Notes: a model not told the origin generated them from the letters alone. 64,000 nucleotides of DNA from an uncultured Pelagibacteraceae bacterium (GCA_902628565.1 CACONR010000002.1:13732-77731); one strand, 5' to 3'. Shown: positions 1-10,162, counted from the first letter of the stretch. Made by a program: numbers and translations.

Positions 1-465
1 CAATTGGCTGAAATGGCAAAATCAGCAGCGAGGGTTGCAAAATTATTTGGTTTTGATCCAAAAGTTGCTTTTTTATCTCACTCTACTTTTGGGGAGCCAG
101 CTACAGATAGAACAAAAAGACTTAGTGATGCTGTTGAAATTTTAAAAAATGATAAAGTTGATTTTAAATTTGATGGTGAGATGCAACCAGATGTTGCTTT
201 AGAGGAAATGTACAAAGAACTTTATCCATTTTCAGAAATAGTTGGTAACTCAAATGTTTTAATTATGCCCAGTCAACATAGTGCAGCTATTTCATATAAA
301 ATGATTAAGTCAATGAGTAGAGCAAAGGTAATAGGGCCTTTATTAATTGGTTTGGGGTTACCTATTGAAATAGCACCTTTGAGATCTTCAACTTCCGATA
401 TTTTAAATTTAGCTTCTATTGCAGCTTACTCAGCTGATGTAATAGATTACAAAAAAACTAATTAG
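1..465 (+). CDS. maeB: NADP-dependent malic enzyme, C-terminal phosphotransacetylase-like domain (5' partial)
   Basis: PKVAFLSHSTFG, DGEMQPDVAL, NVLIMP and IGPLLIG motifs of the PTA-like MaeB C-terminus; the frame is open to the window edge. Confidence 0.85.
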   Translation, partial: QLAEMAKSAARVAKLFGFDPKVAFLSHSTFGEPATDRTKRLSDAVEILKNDKVDFKFDGEMQPDVALEEMYKELYPFSEIVGNSNVLIMPSQHSAAISYKMIKSMSRAKVIGPLLIGLGLPIEIAPLRSSTSDILNLASIAAYSADVIDYKKTN

Positions 466-1051
466 TTTTTATTCTCAAATTATCAACTAGTAAAATACTA
501 GCAATCACATCCTCAACATCTAAAATTTCTTTTGCCTCTGTAATAACCAGGTCTTTTTCATCTTTTGTAAGTGAAATTCCATAAATATAAATTTTCTTTT
601 TATAAGTATCTATTTGATAGTTGGTTGCCTTAATTTCTTTATTTAAAATTAATGCAGTTCTTAATTGTGAGGTTATTAACAAATCTTTGGCTGATTGTTT
701 GAAATTAAATGCTTCCTTTATTTTAATATCATTTCTAACTGACCTTACTCCATCAGTTTCCCATGCAATTTTTGTTAATTTTAATTTTTCTTCTGGTTCA
801 TCAACTTTTCCAGTTAAAAATATTCTACCATCCAAAACTTTTGATTTTACTGATAAAAGATAGTTTTTATTTAGGAGTAAAATTCTAGCAGTCAAATTTT
901 TTTGCATTAAAGAATCATCTATCTGGGTCCCTAAAGATCTTGGATCGATAGCAACACTTACACCTGTTCCAAAAATTCCTGAGGATGATACGCCTGCGCA
1001 TCCACTTAAAATAAAACTGACAAAAAGTACAATAAGTATATTATTTTTCAT
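458..1051 (-). CDS. Dual BON-domain lipoprotein (DolP/YraP-like)
   Basis: Lipobox LSGC; DPRSLGTQIDD motif; two BON repeats (GRIFLTGKV and D.LITSQL...IYIYG). Confidence 0.85.
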   Translation of the reverse strand: MKNNILIVLFVSFILSGCAGVSSSGIFGTGVSVAIDPRSLGTQIDDSLMQKNLTARILLLNKNYLLSVKSKVLDGRIFLTGKVDEPEEKLKLTKIAWETDGVRSVRNDIKIKEAFNFKQSAKDLLITSQLRTALILNKEIKATNYQIDTYKKKIYIYGISLTKDEKDLVITEAKEILDVEDVIASILLVDNLRIKTN

Positions 1052-1904
1052 TTTTAATTTTCAAACAATAATCATAGATAATTTTTTTTGAGATATGATT
1101 TTTATGAATTATTAAATCTGTTATTTCTTTTATGCTTAGTTTATTTATCATAGCTTTAATCAATCTTTTATCTGATTCATCTAAAGTTTGTGAAGCTTTT
1201 TTGTCATGAATTTTTTCTGAAATAACGATAGTCAATTCACCTTTTAAATTACTTTTTAATGGTTCTAAATCTTGAACTTTTGATCTTTTGTATTCCTCAT
1301 AAAACTTTGTCATTTCTCTACAAATCAGGATTTTTCTTCCCATAAAATTTTTTTTAATTAAAGGAATAATCTTATTAATTTTCTTTGGTGATATAAAAAA
1401 AACAATTGAACTATTTAATTTTGATAAAGTTTCCAAATCCTCTTTTAAAATTTTATCCTTTTCAGGAAAAAATCCATAAAAGAAAAACTTTTCTGAAAAT
1501 CCAGATATTGAGACTGCTGATGTTACCGCCGAAGAACCTGGTATAGGTATAATATTTATATTGTTCTTAATACACTCATTAACTAATATAGAACCTGGAT
1601 CAGAAATACCCGGAGTCCCAGCATCTGAAATTAAAGAAATAAGTGATCCTTGATTAATTAATTTAATAATTTTAACAACATTTTTTTTCTCATTAAATTT
1701 ATGATTAGCAATTAGATTTGATTTGATTTGGTATTTTTCTAATAAATTTTTAGAAATTCTAGTATCTTCACATAAAATGTAATCTGATCTTTTTAGAGTT
1801 TCTATGGCTCTAAGACTAATATCACTTAAATTCCCGATTGGAGTCGAGACTAAATATAGACTTTTTTTGAACACTCTATTAGCAGATTTTAAATTTTCAA
1901 TCAT
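1041..1904 (-). CDS. rsmI: 16S rRNA C1402 2'-O-methyltransferase
   Basis: LYLVSTPIGNLSDIS, CEDTR, SDAGTPGISDPG, REMTK motifs. Confidence 0.95.
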   Translation of the reverse strand: MIENLKSANRVFKKSLYLVSTPIGNLSDISLRAIETLKRSDYILCEDTRISKNLLEKYQIKSNLIANHKFNEKKNVVKIIKLINQGSLISLISDAGTPGISDPGSILVNECIKNNINIIPIPGSSAVTSAVSISGFSEKFFFYGFFPEKDKILKEDLETLSKLNSSIVFFISPKKINKIIPLIKKNFMGRKILICREMTKFYEEYKRSKVQDLEPLKSNLKGELTIVISEKIHDKKASQTLDESDKRLIKAMINKLSIKEITDLIIHKNHISKKIIYDYCLKIKNEK

Positions 1905-1936
1905 ATTTATAATTAAAATATTATAGTATCATTAAA

Positions 1937-3091
1937 ATGAAAAAAATTTTTAGAATTATTTTTACATTAATAATTATCTATCTAACAAATCACTCATTTG
2001 CATTTTCACAAAATGAAAAAATTAAAATTGGACTACTTGCACCTTTATCTGGTGAATACAAAGAATTAGGGCAATCAATAATTAAATCAACCCGAATGGC
2101 TTTGAATGATATTGGAACAGACAAAATTGAAATTTATCCAATGGACACTGGTATAGATCCTAATCAAACTTTAAAATCGGCTGCTAAATTAAAGAATGAA
2201 GGAATAAAGATTTTTATTGGTCCAATTTTTTTTAAAAGCTTAATATATTTGGATGAAATACAAGATGTTATTTTTCTATCATTAACAAATAAAACAAATG
2301 ATCTACCGAAAAACGTGATAAGCAGCGGAGTAAATTCTTTATCTCAATTAAATGCAATTAAAAATTTTTTAGAATTAAGTGAAGTAAAAAAAACAATTTT
2401 TTTAACACCTGACCTTGATTACAAAATTGAAATCAAAAAAGCTATTAAACAATCAAAAATCAAAATTTCTAAACAATACACTTATGACACTGAGCCAACT
2501 AAACTGACAAAGCAAATTGAAAAGATAACAAATTATGAGGTGAGAAAACAAAACTTGGCCGATGAAATTTTAAGAGTTGAAAACTCAGATTTAGTGGATA
2601 AAGAGGATCAAATTAAGAAATTGGAAAAGAAATATACAATTGGTAATGTAAATTTTGACTCCGTTATTATTTCTGATTTTGATCAAAATCTTAAAAGTGT
2701 AATTACTTCCCTTATCTACACCGATGTATCACCAAAAAATAAATTATTTATAACTCTTAATCAATGGTTTGATGAAAGTTTATTTTTAGAGGAAAATATC
2801 CAGCCTTTATATTATCCATCAATCAATAAACAAAATTTAGAGGCATTTAATAAAAAATTTGTAGATATCTACAATTCAAAACCAAATCATTTAAGCTTAT
2901 TAAGTTATGATCTTTTAGGATTGATTTATTATTTATCCTTAAAATCTGATTTTTCTGACATAAACAATATTTTTAAAAAAGAAAATTCATTTAAAGGTAA
3001 AATTGGTATTTTTGATGTAAAAAATAACAAAATTAATCATAGATTAAACTTTTACAAAATTGATGAAGGAGAAATTAAAGAAATTTTCTAA
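1937..3091 (+). CDS. Periplasmic binding-fold protein, LpoA/YraM-like penicillin-binding protein activator
   Basis: Signal peptide; KIGLLAPLSG and IFIGP motifs; divergent from rsmI as in the yraL/yraM arrangement. Confidence 0.7.
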   Translation: MKKIFRIIFTLIIIYLTNHSFAFSQNEKIKIGLLAPLSGEYKELGQSIIKSTRMALNDIGTDKIEIYPMDTGIDPNQTLKSAAKLKNEGIKIFIGPIFFKSLIYLDEIQDVIFLSLTNKTNDLPKNVISSGVNSLSQLNAIKNFLELSEVKKTIFLTPDLDYKIEIKKAIKQSKIKISKQYTYDTEPTKLTKQIEKITNYEVRKQNLADEILRVENSDLVDKEDQIKKLEKKYTIGNVNFDSVIISDFDQNLKSVITSLIYTDVSPKNKLFITLNQWFDESLFLEENIQPLYYPSINKQNLEAFNKKFVDIYNSKPNHLSLLSYDLLGLIYYLSLKSDFSDINNIFKKENSFKGKIGIFDVKNNKINHRLNFYKIDEGEIKEIF

Positions 3092-3677
3092 GCTTTTTAA
3101 AAGCATCAGATCTGTGGTCTAATTTGTACTTTTGAGATGGCTTCATCTCACCAAATGTTTTTATTTTATTTTTAGGAATAAATATTGGATCATATCCGAA
3201 ACCATTTTTACCTTTAGGTTCTTTAGAGATATACCCCTCAACTTTTCCAACAACACAAGCTATTTTTTTATTTAAATCACTTATAGATAAAGCACAAACA
3301 AATCTAGCATTAATTTTTTTATTTCTCCAATTTTTATCTTTTTTATCTAATGCCTTATAAACTTTTTGAATTGCCTTATTAAAATTTAATTTTTTTCCAG
3401 CCCATCGTGCTGAAAAAATTCCTGGTTTTTTATTTAAAATATCAATTTCTAAACCAGAATCATCAGCTAAGCAGATTAGATTTGTTTTTTTTGAAAAGAA
3501 TTGAGATTTAATCAGAGAATTTTCTTTAAAAGTCTTTCCTGTTTCTCTTGGGCTCTTTAAATTAAACTTTGAGGTAGGAAATGTTTTAATATTAGCTGGT
3601 AATAAATCTCTAATTTCCTTTAATTTTCCTTTGTTATTTGTACCTATAAGGAGTTGTTTAATTTTTTTTTTTAGCAT
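3075..3677 (-). CDS. rdgB: Non-canonical purine NTP pyrophosphatase (dITP/XTP)
   Basis: TNNKGK, ADDSGL, PGIFSARW, GFGYDPIF, HR motifs. Confidence 0.95.
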   Translation of the reverse strand: MLKKKIKQLLIGTNNKGKLKEIRDLLPANIKTFPTSKFNLKSPRETGKTFKENSLIKSQFFSKKTNLICLADDSGLEIDILNKKPGIFSARWAGKKLNFNKAIQKVYKALDKKDKNWRNKKINARFVCALSISDLNKKIACVVGKVEGYISKEPKGKNGFGYDPIFIPKNKIKTFGEMKPSQKYKLDHRSDAFKKLRKFL

Positions 3678-3707
3678 CTAGAAATTTAATTTTTTCTTAC
3701 CATATAT
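3678..3707 (+). promoter_or_regulatory. Putative RpoH (sigma32) promoter of grpE
   Basis: CTAGAA-N14-TACCATAT directly upstream of grpE, resembling the sigma32 consensus CTTGAA...CCCCATNT. Confidence 0.55.
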
Positions 3708-3713
3708 GTCCAT

Positions 3714-4364
3714 ATGGAAAAAGATCAAAACCAAGATAATACAGGCAAAGCATCAGAGAAAGATCAAAAAAGTTTAAATCAAGATCAAAAAACTGAAAAT
3801 TTAGAAACAAATAATAAAGAACAAGACCAAGAACAGGATCAAGAGCAAGAAAAAACCCCAGAAGAGAAAATTTTAGAGTTAGAAGATAAGCTTGCAAGAT
3901 CATTTGCTGAAATGGAAAACCAAAGAAGAAGATTTGAAAAAGAAAAAGAAGATGCTTTTGAATATGGAGGTTTTTCTTTTGCAAGAGAAGCTTTAAATTT
4001 AATAGATAATCTTGAAAGATCAAAACAAATTTTATTAAACGATGAAACTTTAAAGGATACTGAGGCATTAAAAAAAACACTCGAACATTTTGACATTATC
4101 AATAAAGATTTAATTTCAATTTTTTCAAAAAATAAAATTAAGCCTATTGAATGTCTCAACAAAAAATTAGATCCAAACTTTCACCAAGCAATGATTGAAA
4201 TTGAAGATGATCAAAAAGAACCCGGAACAATTGTTCAAGAAATACAAAAAGGTTTCACAATTAAAGATAGATTGTTGAGACCAGCTCTAGTGGGCGTAGC
4301 AAAAAAAAGTGAAAAAAAAGAGGAAAAAAATGAGGAAAATAAAGAAAATTCAGGAGATAAATAA
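3714..4364 (+). CDS. grpE: Nucleotide exchange factor GrpE
   Basis: AEMENQRRR, DNLER, DPNFHQA, GFTIKDRLLRPALV motifs. Confidence 0.97.
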   Translation: MEKDQNQDNTGKASEKDQKSLNQDQKTENLETNNKEQDQEQDQEQEKTPEEKILELEDKLARSFAEMENQRRRFEKEKEDAFEYGGFSFAREALNLIDNLERSKQILLNDETLKDTEALKKTLEHFDIINKDLISIFSKNKIKPIECLNKKLDPNFHQAMIEIEDDQKEPGTIVQEIQKGFTIKDRLLRPALVGVAKKSEKKEEKNEENKENSGDK

Positions 4365-4376
4365 TCTTTAAATGAA

Positions 4377-4404
4377 CTTGTAGAATTCAATTTCAACCCT
4401 ATAT
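4377..4404 (+). promoter_or_regulatory. RpoH (sigma32) promoter of dnaK
   Basis: CTTG-N17-CCTATAT, matching the alphaproteobacterial heat-shock consensus CTTG-N17-CYTATNT. Confidence 0.75.
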
Positions 4405-4424
4405 GAGGATAACAAATAACTGAT

Positions 4425-6350
4425 ATGAGCAAAATAATTGGAATAGATTTAGGAACAACAAACTCTTGTGTGGCTATTATGGAAGGAAGCCAGGCAAAAG
4501 TTTTGGAAAATGCAGAGGGTGCAAGAACGACACCTTCAGTAGTTGCTTTTACTGAAGAAAAAGAAAAATTAATAGGACAACCTGCTAAAAGACAAGCAGT
4601 AACAAATCCTGAGAACACAATTTTTGCAGTTAAAAGATTAATTGGTAGAAATTTTGAAGACCCAACTGTTAAAAAAGATATCGAGGCTGCTCCTTTTAGG
4701 ATTGTAAATTCTGAAAAAGGTGACGCATGGATTGAAGCGAAAGGAGAGAAATATTCGCCTTCACAAATTTCTGCTTTTATTCTCCAAAAAATGAAAGAGA
4801 CTGCTGAAAAATATTTAGGTCAAGCTGTTACAAAAGCAGTAATAACAGTCCCTGCATATTTTAATGATGCACAAAGACAAGCTACAAAGGATGCTGGAAA
4901 AATAGCTGGGTTAGAAGTTTTAAGAATTATCAATGAACCAACCGCAGCTTCACTAGCCTATGGTTTGGATAAGAAACAAAATAAAAAAATTGCAGTTTAT
5001 GATCTAGGTGGTGGAACTTTTGATGTATCGATACTTGAATTAGGTGATGGAGTTTTTGAAGTAAAATCTACAAATGGTGATACTTTTTTAGGTGGAGAAG
5101 ATTTTGACAACGCTGTTGTAGAATATTTAATTTCTGAGTTCAAAAAAGATAGTGGTATTGATTTAAAAACTGATAAGTTAGCATTACAAAGATTAAAGGA
5201 GGCAGCTGAAAAAGCAAAAATTGAACTTTCAGCAGCAGAGCAAACAGATATTAATTTACCGTTTATAACTGCTGATAAAACTGGTCCTAAACACATTAAT
5301 TTAAAAATGACTAGAGCTAAGTTGGAGGCTTTAGTTGAAGATTTAATCGCTAAAACTATTCCACCATGTAAAACTGCTTTAAAAGATGCTGGAATTTCAG
5401 CTAGCGATGTTGATGAAGTAGTAATGGTTGGAGGTATGACTAGAATGCCAAAAGTCATTTCTGAGGTTAAAAATTTCTTTGGCAAAGAACCGAACAAGAG
5501 TGTTAATCCTGATGAAGTTGTTGCCATGGGTGCAGCAATACAGGCTGGTGTTTTACAAGGTGATGTAAAAGATGTTCTTTTATTAGATGTAACGCCATTA
5601 TCTTTAGGGATTGAAACTCTAGGTGGCGTTTCTACAAAACTTATTGAAAAAAATACAACAATACCTACGAAAAAAAGTCAGGTATTTTCTACTGCTGAGG
5701 ATAATCAGCCAGCCGTCTCAATACGTGTTCTTCAAGGTGAAAGAGAAATGGCCACAGATAATAAATTACTTGGTAATTTTGAACTAGTTGGTATTGCTCC
5801 AGCTCCAAGAGGAGTTCCTCAGATTGAGGTAACTTTTGATATAGATGCTAATGGTATTGTCAATGTGTCTGCAAAAGACAAAGGTACCGGTAAAGAGCAA
5901 AAAATTCAAATTCAAGCCTCAGGTGGATTAAGTGATGAAGAAATTGAAAAAATGGTAAAAGATGCTGAAGCTAATAAAGAAGCAGACAAGAAAAAAAGAG
6001 AGTCTGTTGATGTTAGAAATCAGGCAGATACTTTAATTCATTCAACTGAAAAAAATCTAAAAGAGCATGGATCTAAAGTTTCAGATGTGGAGAAAAAAGC
6101 AATTGAAGATGGATCAAATGCATTAAAAGAATCTCTTAAAGGTGAAGATATTGAGGATATTAAGAAGAAAACAGAGGCATTAGTACAAGCTTCAATGAAA
6201 CTAGGAGAAGCTATTTACAAGTCACAACAAAGCACAAAACCAGATTCTGGTAAAGATGATGGAAAAGATGAAAAGGGAAAGAAAGACGATAATGTTGTTG
6301 ATGCGGACTTTGAAGAAGTAAAAGACGAGAATAAAGAAAAAAGCGCTTAA
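4425..6350 (+). CDS. dnaK: Chaperone DnaK (Hsp70)
   Basis: [25 protein letters not shown] signatures. Confidence 0.99.
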   Translation: MSKIIGIDLGTTNSCVAIMEGSQAKVLENAEGARTTPSVVAFTEEKEKLIGQPAKRQAVTNPENTIFAVKRLIGRNFEDPTVKKDIEAAPFRIVNSEKGDAWIEAKGEKYSPSQISAFILQKMKETAEKYLGQAVTKAVITVPAYFNDAQRQATKDAGKIAGLEVLRIINEPTAASLAYGLDKKQNKKIAVYDLGGGTFDVSILELGDGVFEVKSTNGDTFLGGEDFDNAVVEYLISEFKKDSGIDLKTDKLALQRLKEAAEKAKIELSAAEQTDINLPFITADKTGPKHINLKMTRAKLEALVEDLIAKTIPPCKTALKDAGISASDVDEVVMVGGMTRMPKVISEVKNFFGKEPNKSVNPDEVVAMGAAIQAGVLQGDVKDVLLLDVTPLSLGIETLGGVSTKLIEKNTTIPTKKSQVFSTAEDNQPAVSIRVLQGEREMATDNKLLGNFELVGIAPAPRGVPQIEVTFDIDANGIVNVSAKDKGTGKEQKIQIQASGGLSDEEIEKMVKDAEANKEADKKKRESVDVRNQADTLIHSTEKNLKEHGSKVSDVEKKAIEDGSNALKESLKGEDIEDIKKKTEALVQASMKLGEAIYKSQQSTKPDSGKDDGKDEKGKKDDNVVDADFEEVKDENKEKSA

Positions 6351-6378
6351 CTGACATCTATTTGTCCAGGTTATATAC

Positions 6379-7515
6379 ATGGCTAAAAGAGATTATTACG
6401 ATGTCTTAGGAGTGAGTAAAAGCGCAAGCCCCGATGAACTAAAATCAGCCTACAGAAAATTAGCCGTTAAATATCACCCTGACAAAAATCCTGGGGATAA
6501 ATCTGCAGAAGATAAATTTAAAGAAGCTAGTGAGGCTTATGGTGTCCTCTCTGATAAATCAAAAAAAGAGAACTACGATAATTTTGGACATGCTGCATTT
6601 GAAAATGGTGGCGGTGGCAGAGGTGGTTTTGGTGGTTTTGGAGGTTTTAGTGGTGCAGATTTCTCTGATATTTTCGAGGATTTTTTTGGAGACTTTGGTG
6701 GTGGAGGCAGAAGAAGTTCAAGAAGAAGCTCAAATAACAGAGGTTCAGATCTAAGATATGATTTATCAATTACACTAGAGGAGGCATACACTGGAAAAAA
6801 ACAGAATATTCAGTTCTCCACGTCTGAAAAATGTAATACTTGTAAAGGAAATGGTTCTAAACCAGGCTCAAGTCCAGATAGATGTACCTATTGTGGAGGA
6901 AATGGAAGAGTTAGATCCAATCAAGGTTTCTTTACAGTTCAACAAACTTGTCCTCAGTGTGCAGGAAGTGGAGAAGAGATTACCAATCCATGTGGGGATT
7001 GTAACGGACAAGGAAATAAACAAACAAATAAAAAAGTATCTGTAACAATACCCAAAGGTGTAGATGATGGTACGAGAATAAGACTTGCCGGCAAAGGTGA
7101 AGCTGGAACTAGAGGGGGTACCAGTGGAGACTTATACTTATTTATTAATGTTAAATCGCATGAATTATTTAAAAGATCTGATGTAAATTTATTTTTTGAG
7201 TTTCCAATTTCTATTGCAGATGCAGCTCTTGGTACAACAATAGAAATACCTACAATTGATGGGAAAAAGGCAAAGATTAAAATACCAGACGGAACTCAAG
7301 ACGGTAAACAATTTAGATTAAAAGGAAAGGGTATGCCATTTATGCGAAGAGGTGATTTTGGTGACCTATATGTTCAAGTTAAAACTGAGGTACCAGTATT
7401 TTTAAATAGAGAACAAAAAGAATTGTTGGAACAATTTAGAAAAATAGAAAATGAAAAATCAAACCCAAGTATAAAAAAATTTTTTCAAAAAGCAAAAAGT
7501 TTTTGGAATAGTTAG
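6379..7515 (+). CDS. dnaJ: Chaperone DnaJ
   Basis: J domain with HPD, G/F-rich region, four CxxCxGxG repeats. Confidence 0.99.
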   Translation: MAKRDYYDVLGVSKSASPDELKSAYRKLAVKYHPDKNPGDKSAEDKFKEASEAYGVLSDKSKKENYDNFGHAAFENGGGGRGGFGGFGGFSGADFSDIFEDFFGDFGGGGRRSSRRSSNNRGSDLRYDLSITLEEAYTGKKQNIQFSTSEKCNTCKGNGSKPGSSPDRCTYCGGNGRVRSNQGFFTVQQTCPQCAGSGEEITNPCGDCNGQGNKQTNKKVSVTIPKGVDDGTRIRLAGKGEAGTRGGTSGDLYLFINVKSHELFKRSDVNLFFEFPISIADAALGTTIEIPTIDGKKAKIKIPDGTQDGKQFRLKGKGMPFMRRGDFGDLYVQVKTEVPVFLNREQKELLEQFRKIENEKSNPSIKKFFQKAKSFWNS

Positions 7516-7518
7516 AGA

Positions 7519-7689
7519 ATGGGGTTAGAAGAAATCGTTCCAGCTATTTTTTTGATAGCAGTTTTAATTCTAGTGCTGCCTGAATTTTTAAGATCTAATT
7601 CAAAAACTAAGAGATTTATCAAAAATTTATTTATTTGGTCTATAATTGTTGCTTTCATTGTGATACTTTCTATCTTTATCTTTAAATGA
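7519..7689 (+). CDS. Small two-TM membrane protein, 56 aa (not in ORF track)
   Basis: MGLEEIVPAIFLIAVLILVLPEFLRSNSKTKRFIKNLFIWSIIVAFIVILSIFIFK; fills the dnaJ-dapB gap exactly and has an ATGA overlap with dapB. Confidence 0.75.
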   Translation: MGLEEIVPAIFLIAVLILVLPEFLRSNSKTKRFIKNLFIWSIIVAFIVILSIFIFK

Positions 7690-8462
7690 GAAAAATTAAA
7701 TTATTAGTGACCGGTTGCATGGGTCGTATGGGCCAACAAATAATTACATCTGTAAAAAAAGATAAAAATTTTAAACTTACCGCTCTTACAGAAAATATAA
7801 AGATTAATAAAAAGATTAATGGAGTAAAAGTTGAGCTAAATAATGAAAAATTATTCAAAAAAGTAGACCTAATTATTGATTTCACGATACCTAAATGTAC
7901 TTTTCAGGTTTTAAAAATAGCAACAAAGTTAAAAAAAAGAGTAGTTATTGGTACTACTGGTTTTACTAAAAAAGAAGAAGAGTTAATTAAGAAATTTTCA
8001 AAGAGAATACCAATTTTAAAAGCTGGAAATATGAGTTTAGGTATTAATCTTTTAATGTATTTAACAGAAATTGCCTCAAGTTCATTAGGAAAGAATTTTT
8101 TAAGTAAAATTTTTGAGATTCATCATAAACATAAAAAAGACTATCCATCAGGAACTGCATTAATGTTAGGCAAAGGAATAGCTGTGGGTAAAAACAAAAA
8201 TTTTTATAATTTGTTAGGAAAAAAATATTTAAACAAAAAAACTTTTCCCTACGGAAAAAAGATAAATTTTAATTCTATAAGAAAAGGAGAAATTATTGGA
8301 GAACATGAAGTTAAATTTTCAAATGGTAAAGAAATAATTACTTTAAATCATGAAGCCTTCGATAGAGCACTTTATTCTGAGGGTGCTTTGTCAGCAGCAA
8401 AATGGCTTATTAATAAAAAGCCAGGTCTTTACTCGATGAGAAGTTTGATGAATTTCAAATAA
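7686..8462 (+). CDS. dapB: 4-hydroxy-tetrahydrodipicolinate reductase
   Basis: GCMGRMG, IDFT, VIGTTG, EIHHKHKKDYPSGTA motifs. Confidence 0.97.
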   Translation: MRKIKLLVTGCMGRMGQQIITSVKKDKNFKLTALTENIKINKKINGVKVELNNEKLFKKVDLIIDFTIPKCTFQVLKIATKLKKRVVIGTTGFTKKEEELIKKFSKRIPILKAGNMSLGINLLMYLTEIASSSLGKNFLSKIFEIHHKHKKDYPSGTALMLGKGIAVGKNKNFYNLLGKKYLNKKTFPYGKKINFNSIRKGEIIGEHEVKFSNGKEIITLNHEAFDRALYSEGALSAAKWLINKKPGLYSMRSLMNFK

Positions 8463-9115
8463 TGAATGAAATTCAAAGAGCTAAGATAGTTTCACAAATT
8501 TTAGACAAAACTTATCCAAAAATATATGTGCCTCTCAAAAGTAGAAATGTTTTTACACTTCTGATTTCAGTTCTTCTTTCTGCACAATGTACTGATGTAA
8601 ATGTCAATAACGTAACTAAAAATATCTATCCAAAATTTTATAAACCTAAACACTTTGTTAAATTAGGAAGAAAAAAAATTGAAAAATTAATAAAAAAAAT
8701 TGGCATTTTTAGAATTAAAGCGAAAAGTATTTTCAATTTGTCTAAAATACTAATCAAAAAACACAGTGGCAAAGTACCAAAAACTTTTGAGGAATTAGAA
8801 AACCTTCCTGGAGTAGGTCATAAGACTGCTGGAGTTGTAATGTCTCAGGGCTTTGGGTATCCTGCATTTCCAATTGATACTCATATACACAGATTGGCTC
8901 AAAGATGGGGTTTAACAAACGGAAAAAATGTTGTTCAAACTGAGAAAGATTTAAAAAGACTTTTTCCTAAAAAAAGTTGGAACAAACTTCACCTTCAAAT
9001 TATATATTATGGAAGAGAATATTGTAAAGCAAGAGAGTGTTATGGTGTGACTTGTAAAATTTGTACCAGTTGTTATCCTAAAAGAAAAAAACCTATTAAA
9101 ACCAAAAAAGCATAA
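8462..9115 (+). CDS. nth: Endonuclease III
   Basis: LLSAQCTD, HhH motif LPGVGHKTA, PIDTH, C-terminal Cys cluster. Confidence 0.93.
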   Translation: MNEIQRAKIVSQILDKTYPKIYVPLKSRNVFTLLISVLLSAQCTDVNVNNVTKNIYPKFYKPKHFVKLGRKKIEKLIKKIGIFRIKAKSIFNLSKILIKKHSGKVPKTFEELENLPGVGHKTAGVVMSQGFGYPAFPIDTHIHRLAQRWGLTNGKNVVQTEKDLKRLFPKKSWNKLHLQIIYYGREYCKARECYGVTCKICTSCYPKRKKPIKTKKA

Positions 9116-9116
9116 T

Positions 9117-10046
9117 ATGAAAATTCTTGGTATTGGAAATGCAATTATTGATGTCATTTGTAAAGTAGAGGAAAATTTTCTAACTGAAAATAATCTTACA
9201 AAAGGCACTATGAAATTAATTTTTGATGATAAAGAATTCAAAAATATTTTAGCGAAACTTAAAATAGAAAAAACTGTTTCAGGAGGTTCTGTTGCTAACT
9301 CAATCGTTGGTCTATCTCAACTTAAAAATGAAGTCGGATTTATAGGAAAAATATCTGATGACGATTTTGGTGCTAAATATGAAGAAGGATTAATAAAAGA
9401 AAATGTGAATTATTTTTATTCTAAAAAAAAAGAGAGTTTTCCTACGGGATCTTGTCTCATTTTAGTAACACCTGACTCTGAGAGGACAATGTGTACTTTT
9501 TTAGGTATTGCAGGAAAAATTGGTGAAATTGATATAAATGAAGAGCTAATAAAAAAAAGTGATTTGATTTTTTTAGAAGGTTATTTATGGGATGAAGGGG
9601 AACCTAAAAAAGCATTTGAAAAAGCAATTAAGCATTCCAACAAAACTGCAATGTCATTATCTGATTTATTCTGTGTAGAAAGGCACAAAAAAAATTTTTT
9701 AATCTTAGTTAAAGAAAAACTAGATCTTATTTTTGCAAATGAGAGTGAAATTATGTCACTTATAGATACAAAAAATTTTAATGATGTTGTCTCTTTTACT
9801 AAAGAAATAAAAAAGCATATTATAATTACCCGTGGGGAAAAGGGAGCAATTTCTATAATTGGGGACAAACTAATTGAGGTAAAGGCTAAAAAAAATCTCA
9901 CAATAAAGGATTTAACTGGTGCAGGAGATCTTTTTGCAGCTGGTTACTTACATGGTGTCATCAACAATCTATCTAGTGAAAAATGTTTAGAGAAGGGGAT
10001 TGAATTATCATCAAAAGTAATTCAACAAATTGGTGCGAGGCTTTAA
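9117..10046 (+). CDS. PfkB-family carbohydrate/adenosine kinase
   Basis: GIGNAIID, SGGSVAN, ERTM, LEGYLWD, DLTGAGDLFAAG motifs. Confidence 0.88.
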   Translation: MKILGIGNAIIDVICKVEENFLTENNLTKGTMKLIFDDKEFKNILAKLKIEKTVSGGSVANSIVGLSQLKNEVGFIGKISDDDFGAKYEEGLIKENVNYFYSKKKESFPTGSCLILVTPDSERTMCTFLGIAGKIGEIDINEELIKKSDLIFLEGYLWDEGEPKKAFEKAIKHSNKTAMSLSDLFCVERHKKNFLILVKEKLDLIFANESEIMSLIDTKNFNDVVSFTKEIKKHIIITRGEKGAISIIGDKLIEVKAKKNLTIKDLTGAGDLFAAGYLHGVINNLSSEKCLEKGIELSSKVIQQIGARL

Positions 10047-10162
10047 CTCTTTTTTCTCTTAAAACTACCTTTACCTTTTTTTGGCTTTATTACCCTGGGC
10101 TTATATTTTCTTGAAAAAAGCTCTCTTGCAAACTTATTTTTTTTTGTCAACTTCGTAGCCAT
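10043..10162 (-). CDS. ArfA-like alternative ribosome-rescue peptide, 39 aa (not in ORF track)
   Basis: MATKLTKKNKFARELFSRKYKPRVIKPKKGKGSFKRKKS; carries the KKGKGS(Y/F)xR hallmark of ArfA; an alternative TTG start lies at 10150. Confidence 0.7.
   Translation of the reverse strand: MATKLTKKNKFARELFSRKYKPRVIKPKKGKGSFKRKKS

Noticed and set aside
3662-3672. Long homopolymer runs as phase-variation tracts
   Set aside because: A/T runs are ubiquitous here, encode Lys/Phe, and leave frames intact
4235-5527. Antisense ORFs over dnaK, and similar shadow ORFs over hslU, ftsK, acs, mscS, folD and others
   Set aside because: They overlap well-supported conserved genes, have no motifs, and are typical codon-bias shadows
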